Assembly: GCA_951406725.2 (NCBI GenBank)
Contig: OX597820.1
Coordinates: 112,096,001-112,160,000, forward strand
Direction: 5' to 3'
Length of the DNA stretch: 64,000 nt
DNA from: Octopus vulgaris
Taxonomy: Eukaryota
A model generated the notes under the pieces. The model searched no databases, was not told where the DNA came from, and saw nothing but the letters and a program-made list of their open reading frames with translations. Position numbers and translations under genes: made by a program. Below, one piece after another: positions 11,500 through 25,141 of the stretch. The stretch's first letter is position 1; each line of letters starts with the position of its first letter.

Positions 11500-13480
11500 A
11501 TCTGGGTTGTTGGCAGCGAGTAGTTTGAAGTTCATCAGTAAGGTGTACCCCTGATGGTAGCAGTAAGATAGTTTGTATTTCCTGTTAATGGATATTGCAG
11601 GTTGGGTGAGAATGTGCTGTCTTTCTTGGAGCCTGAGCTGGCAATTATAGGTGCCAGGTGAGTAGGGTGGGGCCATGTTGATGATGATACACAAATACTT
11701 TCATTCTGGTTGTCATAGTCACCAGAGGAAATGAGACAAAGAAAGGAAGTTCCTTTATATCCTAGCATCTGAGTGAGTGCATATGTTATGTGTACCTTTC
11801 CTTGAAATCATTGGCCATCATGCCTATCTAGTACCTTGTCATACCATCAGATGGTATGAGGATGGCTTTGTAGATTATTGCCCTTGAAAGGCAGGATTCT
11901 CCTAGTGAGCTACTGGTAGGGTTTTAAAAGTTACAGGCTGGAGTTGGAGATTATTCAGGTGCACGTTTGTGTCTGTTGTAGTGTGCTATGTTAGAAGTGA
12001 TATTATCTTAGCAGGTGTAGCACACCTTGATGTTACGTGGGTTGAAGAGCTTACAGTACTTATTACTCTTCATCAGTACATTATTGTAGTGGTAGTGAAG
12101 GGGTGAGGGCACCCAGTTAATGATCTCCCAATCGGCCAAAAGCTTGGATAGTTTTCTTCTAACACCTGAGACTAAGTTTTTAATTACAGTGGTGGTGGGG
12201 AAAATTTGAGCTTCTGTGGATGTACACAGTTGGGCTTCCTGTAAGGGTAGTACTTACCTGTTTTCAGGTTTAAGGTCACATCTAGAAAGTCAACCATGGT
12301 CAAGCTGGTGGCAACTGTTATGGACAGACCAAATTCTTTGAATATTTTCATTGGGTCCTTCCTAAACTTGTCCATGGCATTGCTATTCATATGGCTTGAG
12401 ATTGCCAGGCTGTCATCCCTGTAAAGGGCCGACTTATGTAGGTGCATATATTTCTTGAGGGTATCCAAGATAAATAACCTGATGAGACTGGCCATCTCAG
12501 CCTTGTTGTAGCTATCTGTAGAAACTGATTGAACAGTAAATCACCTTCTTTCTTCAACCAGTAGGAATTGTCATGAACCAGGATTGACCTTCTGGCATTC
12601 ATGATGATTCTGACATCAAGATTGCTTATACTAATGAATTGCTTAGCAAAATCCAGGGCCTTCATGAGAAGCAGTTTCAAGATAGAAGTGTAAAAGTCTA
12701 TGATCAAACTGTGTGAATCTGCAGGCTAATTTGTTCTCATTGCCACAGAACCAGTCAATTGCAGCTGCACTGGAATCCTATTGAATCAACCCTGTGGCCT
12801 GTGGTATCAAGAATGTGCTTACTAACAATGTTTGTCTCGCCTTTAGAAGGGCTGATCAGCCTGCATTTAGAGCTGGGGAGGAAATTAGGCTTGTGATCCT
12901 TAAGTGTAATGTGGTGGGGTCATGTAGGGTGGTAGTCCACCTAATCCTCCATATTAAGGAAGATGGCTAGCATCTTCTCTTCTATACTTATATTATTGTA
13001 TGTAGCAGTGCTAGTTTTCTTGTATGTCTTGGTAATTGTGTTTGTGAAAAGTTGCATGTGCGGGGATGCTTGTTTTCTAAATCATCTTTGTTTTGTCTGC
13101 AATGATATGTAAATTAGGTGATTGCTTAATTTTTGCCATTTAGTCACTTAAAGATTTGAGGCAGGGATTAGAGTGATACCAAAACTTACCTTCTTTACAA
13201 TGTTCCATATGTCAGTTTTGTAGTTCTCAAGGTCCTTTATCCAGGGAGGATACTTTTGGAATGTAGTAGTACATGGATTCTCAAAGAAGTCCTTCCAGTG
13301 CATATTTACATTGACGATGCTTTCAGTTTTCTCCTAAACCACATCAAATAGAAAATCTCATTGGTGGTATTTGGATGTTCTTCAGTGAGTGTGGCAGTGG
13401 TTGTCACCCCATTTCAAACTGTTATCATACATTTGTGGATGGGGTTCAACAGGGTCTGGATCATTTGTACAAGTGAGTGG
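11500..13480 (-). mobile_element. Decayed Penelope-like retroelement, Naiad-type RT and GIY-YIG remnant
   Basis: Minus-strand remnants DHKPNF..CRLISPSK, IIDFYTSI.KLLLMKALDFAK, LYRDDSLA, VDFLDVTLNLKTGKYYPYRKPN and C-terminal PYSPGTYNCQLRLQERQHIL. Confidence 0.8.
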
Positions 13481-14442
13481 ACAAATGAAAGAAAAATGCA
13501 TTAAACACATTTAATTGGAGTTCTTTCTTTACTTGTTTCAGTTATTTGACTGCGGCCATGCTGGAGCACCGCCTTTAATCGAGCAACTCAACCCCGGGAC
13601 TTATTCTTTGTAAGCCCAGTACTTATTCTATTGGTCTCTTTTTTGCCGAACCGCTAAGTGACGGGGACGTAAACACACCAGCATCGGTTGTCAAGCGATG
13701 CTAGGGGGACAAACACAGACACACAAACACACACATATATATATATACATATATACGACAGGCTTCTTTCAGTTTCCGTCTACCAAATCCACTCACAAGG
13801 CATTGGTCAGCCCGGGGCTATAGCAGAAGACACTTGCCCAAGATGCCACGCAGTGGGACTGAACCCGGAACCATGTGGTTGGTTAGCAAGCTACTTACCA
13901 CACAGCCACTCCTGCGCCTGGAGTTATAATATTATTGATAATTAAAACAGTTTGATTCAAATCCATGCAATTTGAAGTTTTGCAGGCTTCTAACAGAAAT
14001 CTGGCCAGTTCAGGCTTAAATTATCGAATGAAGAAACACTGAAAGTCCAAGATGGCTACTGAAAAATGGGCTGCTGCTGCTGGCCAAGGCAGGTCACATG
14101 GTGTTGTGAAAAGTAAGAAGGCCATTTCAGAGACACCAGATAACTCACAGAGGAGAATCTCTTGGAACACATGGCTAAACAGGAAGCTGGTAGCATCTTG
14201 GTGTCTTGGTGTATAGGAAACTGACAAAAGCAGTGTGTGTGTGTGTGTGTGTATATGTGTGTGTATGTGTGTGTATGTCAGATGTATGAGTGCATGGATG
14301 TGGGTGGGTTATTGGTTGTATAAGTGTGTGAGTGTGTGTATGCAAGCATATATGTTCTTCCAGATGAACATGCATGCATATATATATATATATATTCTTC
14401 CATGTGCATTTCTCTGTATGTGTATGTGTAAATTATGGTATA

Positions 14443-14770
14443 TCATCATCATCATCATCATCATCGTTGAACGTCCGCTTTCCATGCTAGCATGGGCTGG
14501 ACGTATGACTGAGGGCTGGCGAACCAGATGGCTGCACCAGGTTCCAATCTTGATCTGGCAGAGTTTCTACAGCTGGATGCCCTTCCTAACGCCAACCACT
14601 CCGAGAGTGTAGTGGGTGCTTTTACGTGCCACCAGCACAGGGCCAGTCAGGTGGCTCTGGCAATGACCTCACTCGAATTTTTTACACATGCCACCAACAG
14701 GGAGGCCAGATAGCTGCTCTGGCAACGATCATGCTCGGATGGTGCTCTTAATACTCTACTAGTGCTATAT
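14443..14770 (-). mobile_element. (GAT)n-tailed retroposon 3' end (shared with the RTE 3' UTR at 61130-61615)
   Basis: Plus strand reads (CAT)n-CGTTGAACGTCCGCTTTCCATGCTAGCATGGG...GATGCCCTTCCTAACGCCAACCAC. Further copies at ~22845-23035, 26090-26350, 26513-26955, 40350-40435 and 45400-45720. Confidence 0.75.
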
Positions 14771-15812
14771 TACAGAATTCTACTTGGTTGTAACAAAAAA
14801 AAAAAAAAAATGCTAAAACTAGGTGGTTACTATGCTGCAGGAGAAACGGAAAGTGAAATAACTGAGAACCTTGAAGCAGACGTATAATTCAAGAGAAATG
14901 TTATGAAAAAATGTTGTCATGGAATTAAAAATGAAAGTATTTTTCTAAGAATTCTCAAAGCCAAAACATATAAATTTAAGCAGAGATGCAGATGTGTTGC
15001 TCTGTCTGTACATCTGTTTGTCTCTTATATGCATACATACATATACGTGTATGTGTGTGTGTGTATATTTATATATATATATATTCTTTTATTCTTTTAT
15101 TTGTTTCAGTCATTTGTCAGTGGCCATGCTGGAGCACCACCTTTAGCTTAACAAATCGGCCCCGGGAATTATTCTTTGTAAGCCTAGTACTTATTTTATC
15201 GGTCACTTTGGCCAAACCGCTAAGTTATGGGGATGTAAACATACCAACATCGGTTGTCAAGTGATGGTGGGGGGGAGGGGTCAAACACAGAAACACAAAC
15301 ATATACACACACATACACATACACATACACACACACTCACCTACCCATCATATATACAACGGACTTCTTTCAGTGGGAGTTATAGCAACTTTTTCAGCTT
15401 GTTGAGAAATTAGGAAAGACCATTCTAGAAAGACAGTTTAACCATGCCTTCTCAGCCGGAAACTATGAGAAGCAATAAATCTTGAAAGAGGAAGTTCCAA
15501 ATTACATCAGATAAAGATTAATGCAAACTTCACTGTAACAACAGCAGAAAATATGGGTTCTTTAAGCAAAAAGCAGTCAATGAGATTTAATGAACAATGA
15601 CCTATATTAACATTAAACCTAGTTACTCATGCACACATCTCATAAATCTCCTCTATAGCATTAGTTTCTAACCGTTCTTCCAGCAAAGATATCTTTGACA
15701 GAGCACACTGTATTGCTATAGTTAAACCAGTGTTATAATGATAGTAACTTATAATAAATAGCAGCTTCAAAGACAAGGGTTTTATATATGCTTAACCTTT
15801 TTGTCCCTTTAA

Positions 15813-16033
15813 CCCTTTAGTGTTCGCATTATTCTGCCAAAATGAATGCTTTTTTATCCACATTGTTTTGAACTAATCATGCATCATCTTGTAGCTATGA
15901 GATTTTGATGAGGTAGCTATTAATTTTTAAAATGATATTGTAGGGTTGGTATGAGAGACCAGATCTGGCCAGTTTGACCATAAAACAGGCAGAATACTTT
16001 TGGCTGGATATGGCTGGTTTAAATGCTAAAGGG
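15813..16033. mobile_element. piggyBac-type MITE (221 bp)
   Basis: TTAA-CCCTTTAG...CTAAAGGG-TTAA. A highly similar copy lies at 61333-61553. Confidence 0.9.
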
Positions 16034-17129
16034 TTAAACGAAACCCACATCCTGAAATGTCTGGTTTGCACTGCCATACTTATTAAACTTGAAAACTAAC
16101 ATTACTGACAGCTTAGTAAACACTTTAGTTAAATAACTAAAAACTACTTGCAAAGAAATACAGTCTTATCTTTTGCTGTTACAAGAAAAAATATGGACAC
16201 ATGCTGTCTGAACGTTAGTTATGGTTGCACTTTCAGTACAATGAACATCACAACATACATTCGTCAAGACTCACAGAAACAAGTTGATCAAGCAAAGAAT
16301 TCTAATCTTTGATTGGAGCTAAGTTTGTAAATAAGTGAGGTAGGACTGAGGTAGCTGTATGTGAGATTTTGTGTATGTTTTTGCCAAGATATGGGTAGGT
16401 TGTATAGGTTAACAAGAATGAGTAAAAAAGCTATATATTTTAATATATTTAATATTTGATATTTGGTCAAAATTAAGCATGTTCTGAGATAGTTCACAGG
16501 CAGTGATCTATATTTGTTGTTAATTCTTAAGCTGGCAAACATTTGATATTGTTGGTTTTTTATGCATTTCAGGTCAACTGTAATTGGGCTGACATATTGC
16601 ACATTCATAGGAGGTGGAATAACTGGTTGTAAAATACATTTCTATCGTTCCAGATATACCACATCAGAAATTTGTAGAGATTCAAGCAATGCACTCTGAC
16701 ATGCAGTGGTTTGTTGCATGAGATGCAATAGAATAGTCCTGGCATATTGCTTCACTCTTCACACAATTCAGTTTGTGTAGTCAGGCTCAAAGATTCTGAC
16801 AATAGTCTCAATAGAGACAAGAAAAGTAGATCCAGTTACAGCACAAGAGCTGTTCACCCACACTTATCATTGATGGTGTGTCCCAACTTATAGGAGTTAT
16901 CGATAATACTATTACTTTTGTGTGTATATATCTTTTTTTTTAGCTCAGGTGAGTGGAATGCCGATATTGGACAAGCTATTAATGAACACTACATATGCTC
17001 AGTGATTAGAGGACTTAATAGCAAACATTTTGTGTTGTGTCTTAGGGTGAGGCTATTTTATTTAAAAAGGGAGCTGTCAGAAAGATGTCGAATTTTTTAA
17101 TGATTTCAACGGTAGGCTGTTGCTGCTAT

Positions 17130-17290
17130 GATTGGTGGTGGTGCTGCTGCTACTGCTGCTGCTGCTGCTGTTGATGATGATGAGGATGATGATGATGACG
17201 ATGATGACGATGATGATGATGGTGATCGTGGTGGTGGTGGTGATGATGATGATGGTGAGGATGATGATGATGGTGATGATGATATGGTTG
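17130..17290. repeat. Compound trinucleotide repeat (GCT/GAT/GGT)
   Basis: Directly visible; gives spurious poly-D and poly-M ORFs. Confidence 0.9.
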
Positions 17291-18037
17291 TTGTTATTCT
17301 TCAAGTCTTCGTGTATTTGTGTAAAGCTGTGAGTTGTGTTTAGTGAACTGAAGCTACACTGCAAGATGAAACCAAGAACCTGAAGTCACGGTGATGAGTT
17401 TTTGTAGGATTTTTTTTAAAGAATTCAGATGGTTGTTTGAGTCTGTTGATGTTGCTATGGAAGAGTTCTTGGCAGCTTTTGAAACTGCTAAAATTTTTCC
17501 AGTTTGCCAGTAAAAATACGCATGCCTAGGAATAGGCAGGGCTGTGTGGTTAAGAAGTTTGCTTCCCAACAACATAACTTTAGATTCTGTTCCACTGTGT
17601 GGTGCCTTTGCAAGTGTCCAAGTGTCTTCTACAATAGCCTTGAGGCAACCAAAGCCTTATAAGTGTATTTGATAGATGGAAACTGTAAGAAGCCTATTGT
17701 ATATGTGAATGTGTGTGTGTGTTTGTGTTTGTGTTTCCTTGTCTTGATCTTGTGTGATAATTGTAAATGAGCTTTACTAACAAGTGGTGTTGTTCGTTTT
17801 ATTGCATGGAAACATATTTGGCCATGGAGAAAAACACACGAGTGTTGGCAACAAGAAAGATATCCATAAAAATTTGTCCAACATATGTAAGCAAGAAAAT
17901 GTGGATGTCAATATAATGATGACAACAAAAGTAATGATGATGATGATGAGGAGGATGAGGATGGTGCTTTGTATGCATGTGTTTGTGTGAATATCTTTGA
18001 ATATTTGTTGGTGTATGTATACAAGCATGTAATATAA

Positions 18038-18403
18038 TCTCTATATATAAAGCTGAAGTTCTGTGCATGGCAAGTTTGGTAGGCTTCAACTAACACTATC
18101 TCTTCCGAGACCCTGCAGCGCAAGTTGACCAAAATTGAGAGTATGATAGAAGAAGACTTGCTCTTCCTTCTGTAGAAGAAAAAATTCAAATTGGACCATG
18201 TTAACACCAGAAATTATTTACATCATAAAGGTGCTTTTTTTCTAGGAAAATCCCTATTTTTTATGATTTTTTGACTGCTGTGTTGCTATTTTCGGTGTAT
18301 TTCAACCAGAAAAATGTTCACTTAAAGAGAATAACAAGCTACATAATGCAAAAGTTTAACTTTTCAAAAATTCAAATTCTAAAGGGCCAGGCGATACTGC
18401 CAG
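18038..18403 (+). mobile_element. Non-autonomous Helitron-like element
   Basis: A|TCTCTATATATAAA 5' end. The 3' end GGCGATACTGCCAG|T matches the terminus of the Helitron at 23532-23836, with CTAG degenerated to CCAG and the hairpin partly lost. Confidence 0.6.
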
Positions 18404-21400
18404 TGTTTGAATAAAGGAAGAGGAAAATATAAAGAAACAGTAAAAAACAAAAAAACAAAAGTAAGAATAATATATAAGTAAATAAATAAATATAAACAAA
18501 AGCTATCAAAGTGTCATTTTATTACTTTGGCGCCTAGCCTGTGTTTTATTCAAGAGCATTGACTATCCCTAGAAGCGGAAATGTCCAGGAAGTTATTTTT
18601 TTAATAAACATTTTAAATTCTAGCATTGTTTAGAAATCATTGATAGCTATTGTTTAGGTGCAATTAAATGGGAATAAACAAATGTACTTTAATCCTGCCA
18701 TCAAATTTTCTTTAAGTGCACATGTGCATGTATGCGCATGCGTGCGTGTGTGTGTATTAACATTTGTGTGAGAAAGCTGTTGAAAATCACCTGGCAAGAC
18801 AAGGTCCCCAACACAGAGGTCCTCTCTTGAGCTGATCCACCAAGCATTTACACTCTGTTGAAGAAAGTGTAGGTCAGGTGCATAGGCCACCTTGTTTGAA
18901 TGCCTGATATATAGTCTTCTTGAAGTCTTCGTGTATTTGTATAAAGCTCTGAGTTGTGTTTAGTGAACTGAAACTACACTGCAAGATGAAACCAAGAACC
19001 TGAAGTCACAGTGATGAGTTTTTGTAGGATTTTTTTTAAAGAATTCAGATGATTGTTTGAGTCTGTTGATGTTGCATTGGAAGAGTTCTTGGCAGCTTTT
19101 GAAACTACTAAAATTTTTCCAGTTTGCCAGTAAAAATACGCATGCCTAGGAATAGGCAGGGCTGTGTGGTTAAGAAGTTTGCTTCCCAACAATGTAACAA
19201 CAGTGACTCAAAAGACTACTGTGAATTGGCAGAAGGCAAGTGCATACAAAGTGGGCAGAAAAAGCACTTCAAAGATACACTCAAAGCTTCACTGAAGTGC
19301 TTTCAAATGAACCCTGACACCTAGGAAATGTAGGCACAGGACTGTTCTGCCTCATGAAGCTGAACCAGCAGAGGTGCCACCTCTGTAGCCATCTTGTTCT
19401 CTGGAGCCACTACAAATTCCGCACTCGAGGGAGAGCCTTGTAGTGACACCATTTTGGAAGTCTTCAGCGCACATGCACAGAGCTGGATTTCTTCCGGGAG
19501 GCCACCGGAAGTTCCCTCATGCGCATGCACAGAGAACTACCAGCAGCAAAACTTCCCATGTATCGATCGCTTTCGAAGCTGACACCGAAGTGAACGGACG
19601 CGTCCTCATAGCTCTACCAAGCAGCCACCACATGGCGAAGCTACACTACGCTGAAACAGAGCAGGATTTGGTTCACACCATTTAACCACTGTTAAGTGGT
19701 GATGCACACTCTTATGAACAGAACAGGATGGCAGAAGCACCAAGAAAATGTGAGCTTCACAAGTCCAGAGCCAATCAGCTGTGGCTGATCAGGCAGACAC
19801 ATGCTCTGAAGCTTTCGTCACAGGTGGGGCACTGGTGGTCTTCTGTGAATGAAGGTAAGGAGTTGGTGCTGGACGTGTGCAGTTCATGCTTTTTAGGGAG
19901 CTTAAAGCCCACTAATTTAATAAAATATCTGGTAATCCTTCGATAGCTGTAAGAGTTAATCCAATGCAAAACAACAACAATTCGTATGAGTTTTTGAGGC
20001 CTTCGTGTACATGGTATGTTTATTCCAATCCGGGAGGAGAGCATTCGTACACAGCTTGAATATTTAACATTTTACAGAACAGAATGAAGTTGAACAAGAA
20101 AAGGTTTTCGTCTTGCCACCTTCCATGACTGGTATAGTGGATTCCACTCAATTCAAATCGGCGCGGGTAGTCTAGTAGCAGAGAGAGATGATGCAATTAG
20201 CAGCAAGCTGCTTAGTGAGCAAAGAGGCTGCTCTTGGCTCTGCCAATCTTTTTATCCCTCTCTCACGAGCGCCACCTTGTTGTTAACGATGTGACCAGGG
20301 GAGATAACTCCAGATGACCCATGGTCGGGCATGGATTCAACTATGGTTGCCTACACTTTCTTTGTGCTTTTGCAATCCTGTTGTTTTTGTAGGAGTTGGC
20401 ACCTCTGTTGGTGTAGCTAAGCCAGGCAAGGCAGCCTTGTGTTTGCATTTCACAGGCGTCATGGTTGATCTGTAAAGCACTTCAGTAAGGCTTTGTGTAT
20501 ATCTTTGGAATGCTTTTCCTGCCACCTTCAGTGTACTGGCCTTCTGCCAATTCACTATAAAATAGTCTTTCGGGTAGTTGTGTATCAGGCATTTGAACAA
20601 AGTTGCCAACCTACAGCAGAGTGAAAGTGCTGGGCAAATCAGCTTGAGGGAAGACTTTTGTTTCTGAGCCCTTATCTTGCTGGGCGATTTTCAACAGCTT
20701 TCTCAGACAAATATTAACACACACACACACACTTAAAAAAAATTTGAAGGCGGAATTAAAGTACAATAGTTATTAATGATTTCTAAACAATACTAGAATT
20801 TATTAAACTTATAAAAAAAATATAACCTCCTTGTTTATTTCCTTTTCTAGGGATTGTCAATACTCTTGAATAAAACACATAGGCTAGATGCCAAAGTAGT
20901 TAAATGACACTTTGATAGCTTATGTTTTTATTTATCTATTTACGTATGTATTATCCTTATCCTTGTTTCACCAGCTCCTGTCAAACTGTCCAACACATGC
21001 CTGAATGGAAAATAGATGTTAAGTGGTGATACACACTCTTATTCTATCTCTTTTCTGTTTATCTATCTCCCTCTTTTGTTCTTCTTCCCTTCTGTTTTTC
21101 TCTCCCACCCTTTCCCTATTTTTCTCCTCTCCTCTTCACCGTTCCCTCATCTCTCTCTCTCTCACTCTTCCTCCTTGACTCTCTTGTTGCTCACACATGA
21201 CCAACAGCCATCAATCTTTCTTTCTTCCACTTCCTTCCTAAAGACAAGACGTACTTTTATTTGTCTCTTCTCAAAGCTCATTCACCACCCAGCATTCACC
21301 ACTCCATATTGTCTTGGTTTAACAGCCCTCACCGTTTGCTCTCACTGTCCTGTTTTTGTTACCTCTATCAGCCTCCACAAAAAATCCCAAAGTTTATTTA

Positions 21401-22012
21401 ATTTGCTTTGTGGGAAGGACTGTTTTAACAAAGTCACGTCTTGTCCTTACCTTCAAAATGTGGAGTAGATAAAACAGGGGACAACTGATGAAGGGAATGT
21501 TCTTTATGTTGCATGTCTCATTTCTCTGTTTGTTTGTTTCTTCCGTTGTTTGAAAAAAAGTTCGTTTTCTCTGTTTTTTATGTTCTCGTTTCTCATTTTG
21601 TCTACATTTTTTTGATGTCCTGTACCCATATATGCATGTATATATACATATATATGTAGGTATGTACATATATGTATGTATATATGTGTATATTTATATA
21701 TTATTTATATTAATATATATATATATATACACACACACGTAGAGTATATATGTGTATAATTAAGGCAACAGAAGTTTTGGGCTTTTTTACTTCTACTTAC
21801 TTGTTTCCATCATTTGACTGTAACCATGCTGGAGCACTGCCTTTAGTTGAGAAAATCGACCCCAGGACTTATTCTTTGTAAGCCTAGTACTTATTCTATC
21901 GGTCACTTTTGCCAAACCACTAAGTTATGTTGATGTAAATGCAACAGCATTGGTTGTCAAGTCATGTTGGGAGAGACAAACACACACACACAAACATATA
22001 CACACACACACA

Positions 22013-22044
<32 letters not shown>

Positions 22045-22081
22045 CATGCACACACACACACATTTAGATATATATATATAT

Positions 22082-22147
<66 letters not shown>

Positions 22148-23463
22148 CCACTCACAAGGCTTTGGTGAGCCCGAGGCTACAGTAGAAGACACTTGCCCAA
22201 GGTGCCACGCAGTGGGACTGAACCTGGTATTATGTGATTGGTAAGTAAGCTACTTAGCACACAGCCACTCCTAACTATCAATAAATGTGATAAGATATGA
22301 AAATTATACTTCATTATAAAAATTTAGTGTGTCTTTTTTTTGTTTCAGACCAAATAAGTTCAGATTTATAAATTAGATAATAGCTATAGAGCATAATACA
22401 AACACAATCTTTCCACAAAGGAGGCAAAAGTATTACAGCTATAGCAAAATAGCTTAAAATTAACCAAAAAAAGTCTGAAAAATTGTCAAGAAATTTCAAA
22501 GAGATTGGTTTCACTGCTGATCAACCTGAAAAAGAAATGTGCAGACCCTCAGCTTATCAAAAGCACCTGAAAAAAGATATGGCAAAATCATCATTGTTCC
22601 ATCAGAAAACTGGGTGTTTACTAAGCCAGTTGCCAGACGTCAGAGTTTTAATGTATCTTTGGCCACAGAAGGAAGGCGTTCAGAGTATGGTTAGATGCCT
22701 GATGGAGGGTGTTCGCTTGGTTGCACATTTCTGAACAGTTTCTAGGTCAATGTCCTGAGCAAGATAGGGGTTCCAGACTGGTGATGCAAATTCCAAGTGT
22801 GGCTGCACTATAGCCATATACAGCTTTAAATATTATATATATATGTGCCGGCGGCACGTAAAAAGCTCCCTCTACACTCTCGGAGTGGTTGGCGTTAGGA
22901 AGGCATCCAGCTGTAGAAACTCTGCCAGATCAAGATTGGAGCCTGGTGCAGCCATCTGGTTCACCAGCCCTCAGTCAAAATTGTCCAACCCATGCTAGCA
23001 TGGAAAGCGGACGTTCAACGATGATGATGATGATGCTGATGATATATATATATACTCATTCTCTTTTACTCTTTTACTTGTTTCAGTCATTTAACTGTGG
23101 ACATGCTAGAGCACTGCCTTTAGTCGACGAAATCGACCCCAGGACTTATTCTTTGTAAGCCTAGTACTTATTCTATCGGTCTCTTTTGCTGAACCGCTAA
23201 GTGACAGAGACATAAACACACCAGCATCAGTTGTCAAGCAATGCTAGGGGGACAAACACAGACACACAAACATACACACACACACATATATATATATACG
23301 ACGGGCTTCTTTCAGTTTTTGTCTACCAAATCCACTCACCAGGCATTGGTTGGTCTGAGGCTACAGTAGAAGACACTTGCCCAAGGTGCCACGCAGTGGG
23401 ACTGAACCCAGAACCATGTGGTTGGTAAGCAAGCTACTTACCACACAGCCACTCCTGCACCTA

Positions 23464-23514
<51 letters not shown>

Positions 23515-23531
23515 TTATATATGCATATATA

Positions 23532-23836
23532 CTAGCAGTATCGCCCGGCATTGCTCGGGTTTGTAAGGGAAATAACTATATAAGCATTTTTAGAGAGTAC
23601 TTCCCTTATATAACCCGTGCAAAAATTATTAAAAATGCGGAAAAATAATGGTAAATTTTTTTTAAATCGTAGACTCATCGTAGACCCGCACTAATACCCA
23701 GAAGGGCTTGATATGAATGACGACTATAAGATACCCGCTTTTGGTTAAACTGCACTGCAAAATGTGGGAGTAGTTAGGAATCTAAATTGGAGGAGACAGA
23801 GTCTCACACACACGACTTCAATTTTATATATAAAGA
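23532..23836 (-). mobile_element. Non-autonomous Helitron
   Basis: Minus strand reads A|TCTTTATATATAAAA ... CCCGAGCAATGCCGGG (hairpin) CGATACTG CTAG|T: 5'-TC, subterminal hairpin, 3'-CTAG and an A/T insertion site. Confidence 0.85.
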
Positions 23837-24123
23837 TATATATATATATATATATATACATACACAAACATATAAAATTTACATCTAATATAGGATAAAA
23901 TATTTTTCGAAAAAAAAAAAATTAAATCAATAGCCAGCATATTAAAAAAAATACCTTTAAAGGTTAAATTTATAAACAACTTATAAACAAGGGCAAAAGA
24001 AAATATTCCTAATGCCAAATATGCTGAAATAGACTTAATCGTCAATAACTATATAATTTATCACTATAAGCACGTATTTTGAAGAAAACTGACAAATATT
24101 TCTAAAATATTCCGTTATTACCA

Positions 24124-24177
24124 TATCGGACCTGATTTCAGAGTTAGTTCATAAGAGCCTTCCCTTCGTCAGTGATA
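24124..24177 (-). ncRNA. Type I hammerhead ribozyme-like motif
   Basis: Minus strand reads TATCA-CTGACGA-AGGG aaggctcttatgaactaa CTCT-GAAA-TCAGGTC-CGATA. Cores are intact with a GUC triplet; stems I and III are imperfect. Confidence 0.55.
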
Positions 24178-25107
24178 AATGCAGCAGAGGAATAAATGAA
24201 ATATTTGGCATTAGAAATTTTTTCTTTTGCCCTTGTTTATAAGTTGTTTACACATACATATATATATGTTAGATAACAGTGGTCTTGGTTTAAATAGCAT
24301 GAAACCACTAAGACGTCTTGGAAACCAACTGATGAGTAAGTCAGCTGTGAATGTTCCTTCTATCGTGTTTTTGTCTCCCTTTTCTGTCTGTTGTGTTTTT
24401 GCCCAGTTCTTGTTTATTTTTCCCTTCTCTGTTTGACTTTTGATACACGCACACACATGCATACACCCATGCACACACCCACACACACACACACCCACAC
24501 ATCCACACCCACCCACACACACACACAATAGCACAGATGGGCTGTTTCAGATGTTTTTTTTTATTAATGAACAAATCAATTACATCATATAAAAAAAAAT
24601 CTGTTTTCTTCAGGTAAATTAAGAGTAAAATTTGACATTAAATGTTTTTCACACGAATAGTATATGATGCATATTGACTCTCTCCTCTTAATGCCAGCTG
24701 AGAAAGTAAATAGGGAATGCTATTTCGATGTTAAATATACATGGTGCTAAATCTACCAACACCTTGAAGGGATGGAGAGGAAGAAAAAGATAGAAAGGGA
24801 AGAAAAGGAAAAAGAAAAAACCCTCATCACATTTCTAGGCGGTCAAAGAGTTCTATAAGGGAATTGATGTGGTTTATAGATAAGGGGACAAGATGGCTCA
24901 TTAATTATCTGCATGCTCTTAAGACAGGCAAGAAAAGAAATGATTCTAAGTAATAAATGTATGCATGACTGGGAGGACAAATCTGCATATGCTTTAGTAA
25001 GTATGAGAGTGTTTATATACAATGTTAATACACAGCTATGCTATCCCCAACTCTATCTTGGTACCTTCCTTATCAAAATGCATTCATTTTATTGGATACA
25101 GAAAATT

Positions 25108-25141
<34 letters not shown>

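Noticed and set aside
16600-17100. Possible exon or transposase remnant (polypyrimidine-AG at ~16943, DGVSQLIG peptide)
   Set aside because: Frames are interrupted by stops and I could not recognise a family.
17077-17364. Poly-Asp/Ala/Gly ORF resembling an acidic protein
   Set aside because: It is a trinucleotide microsatellite with no splice or domain support.
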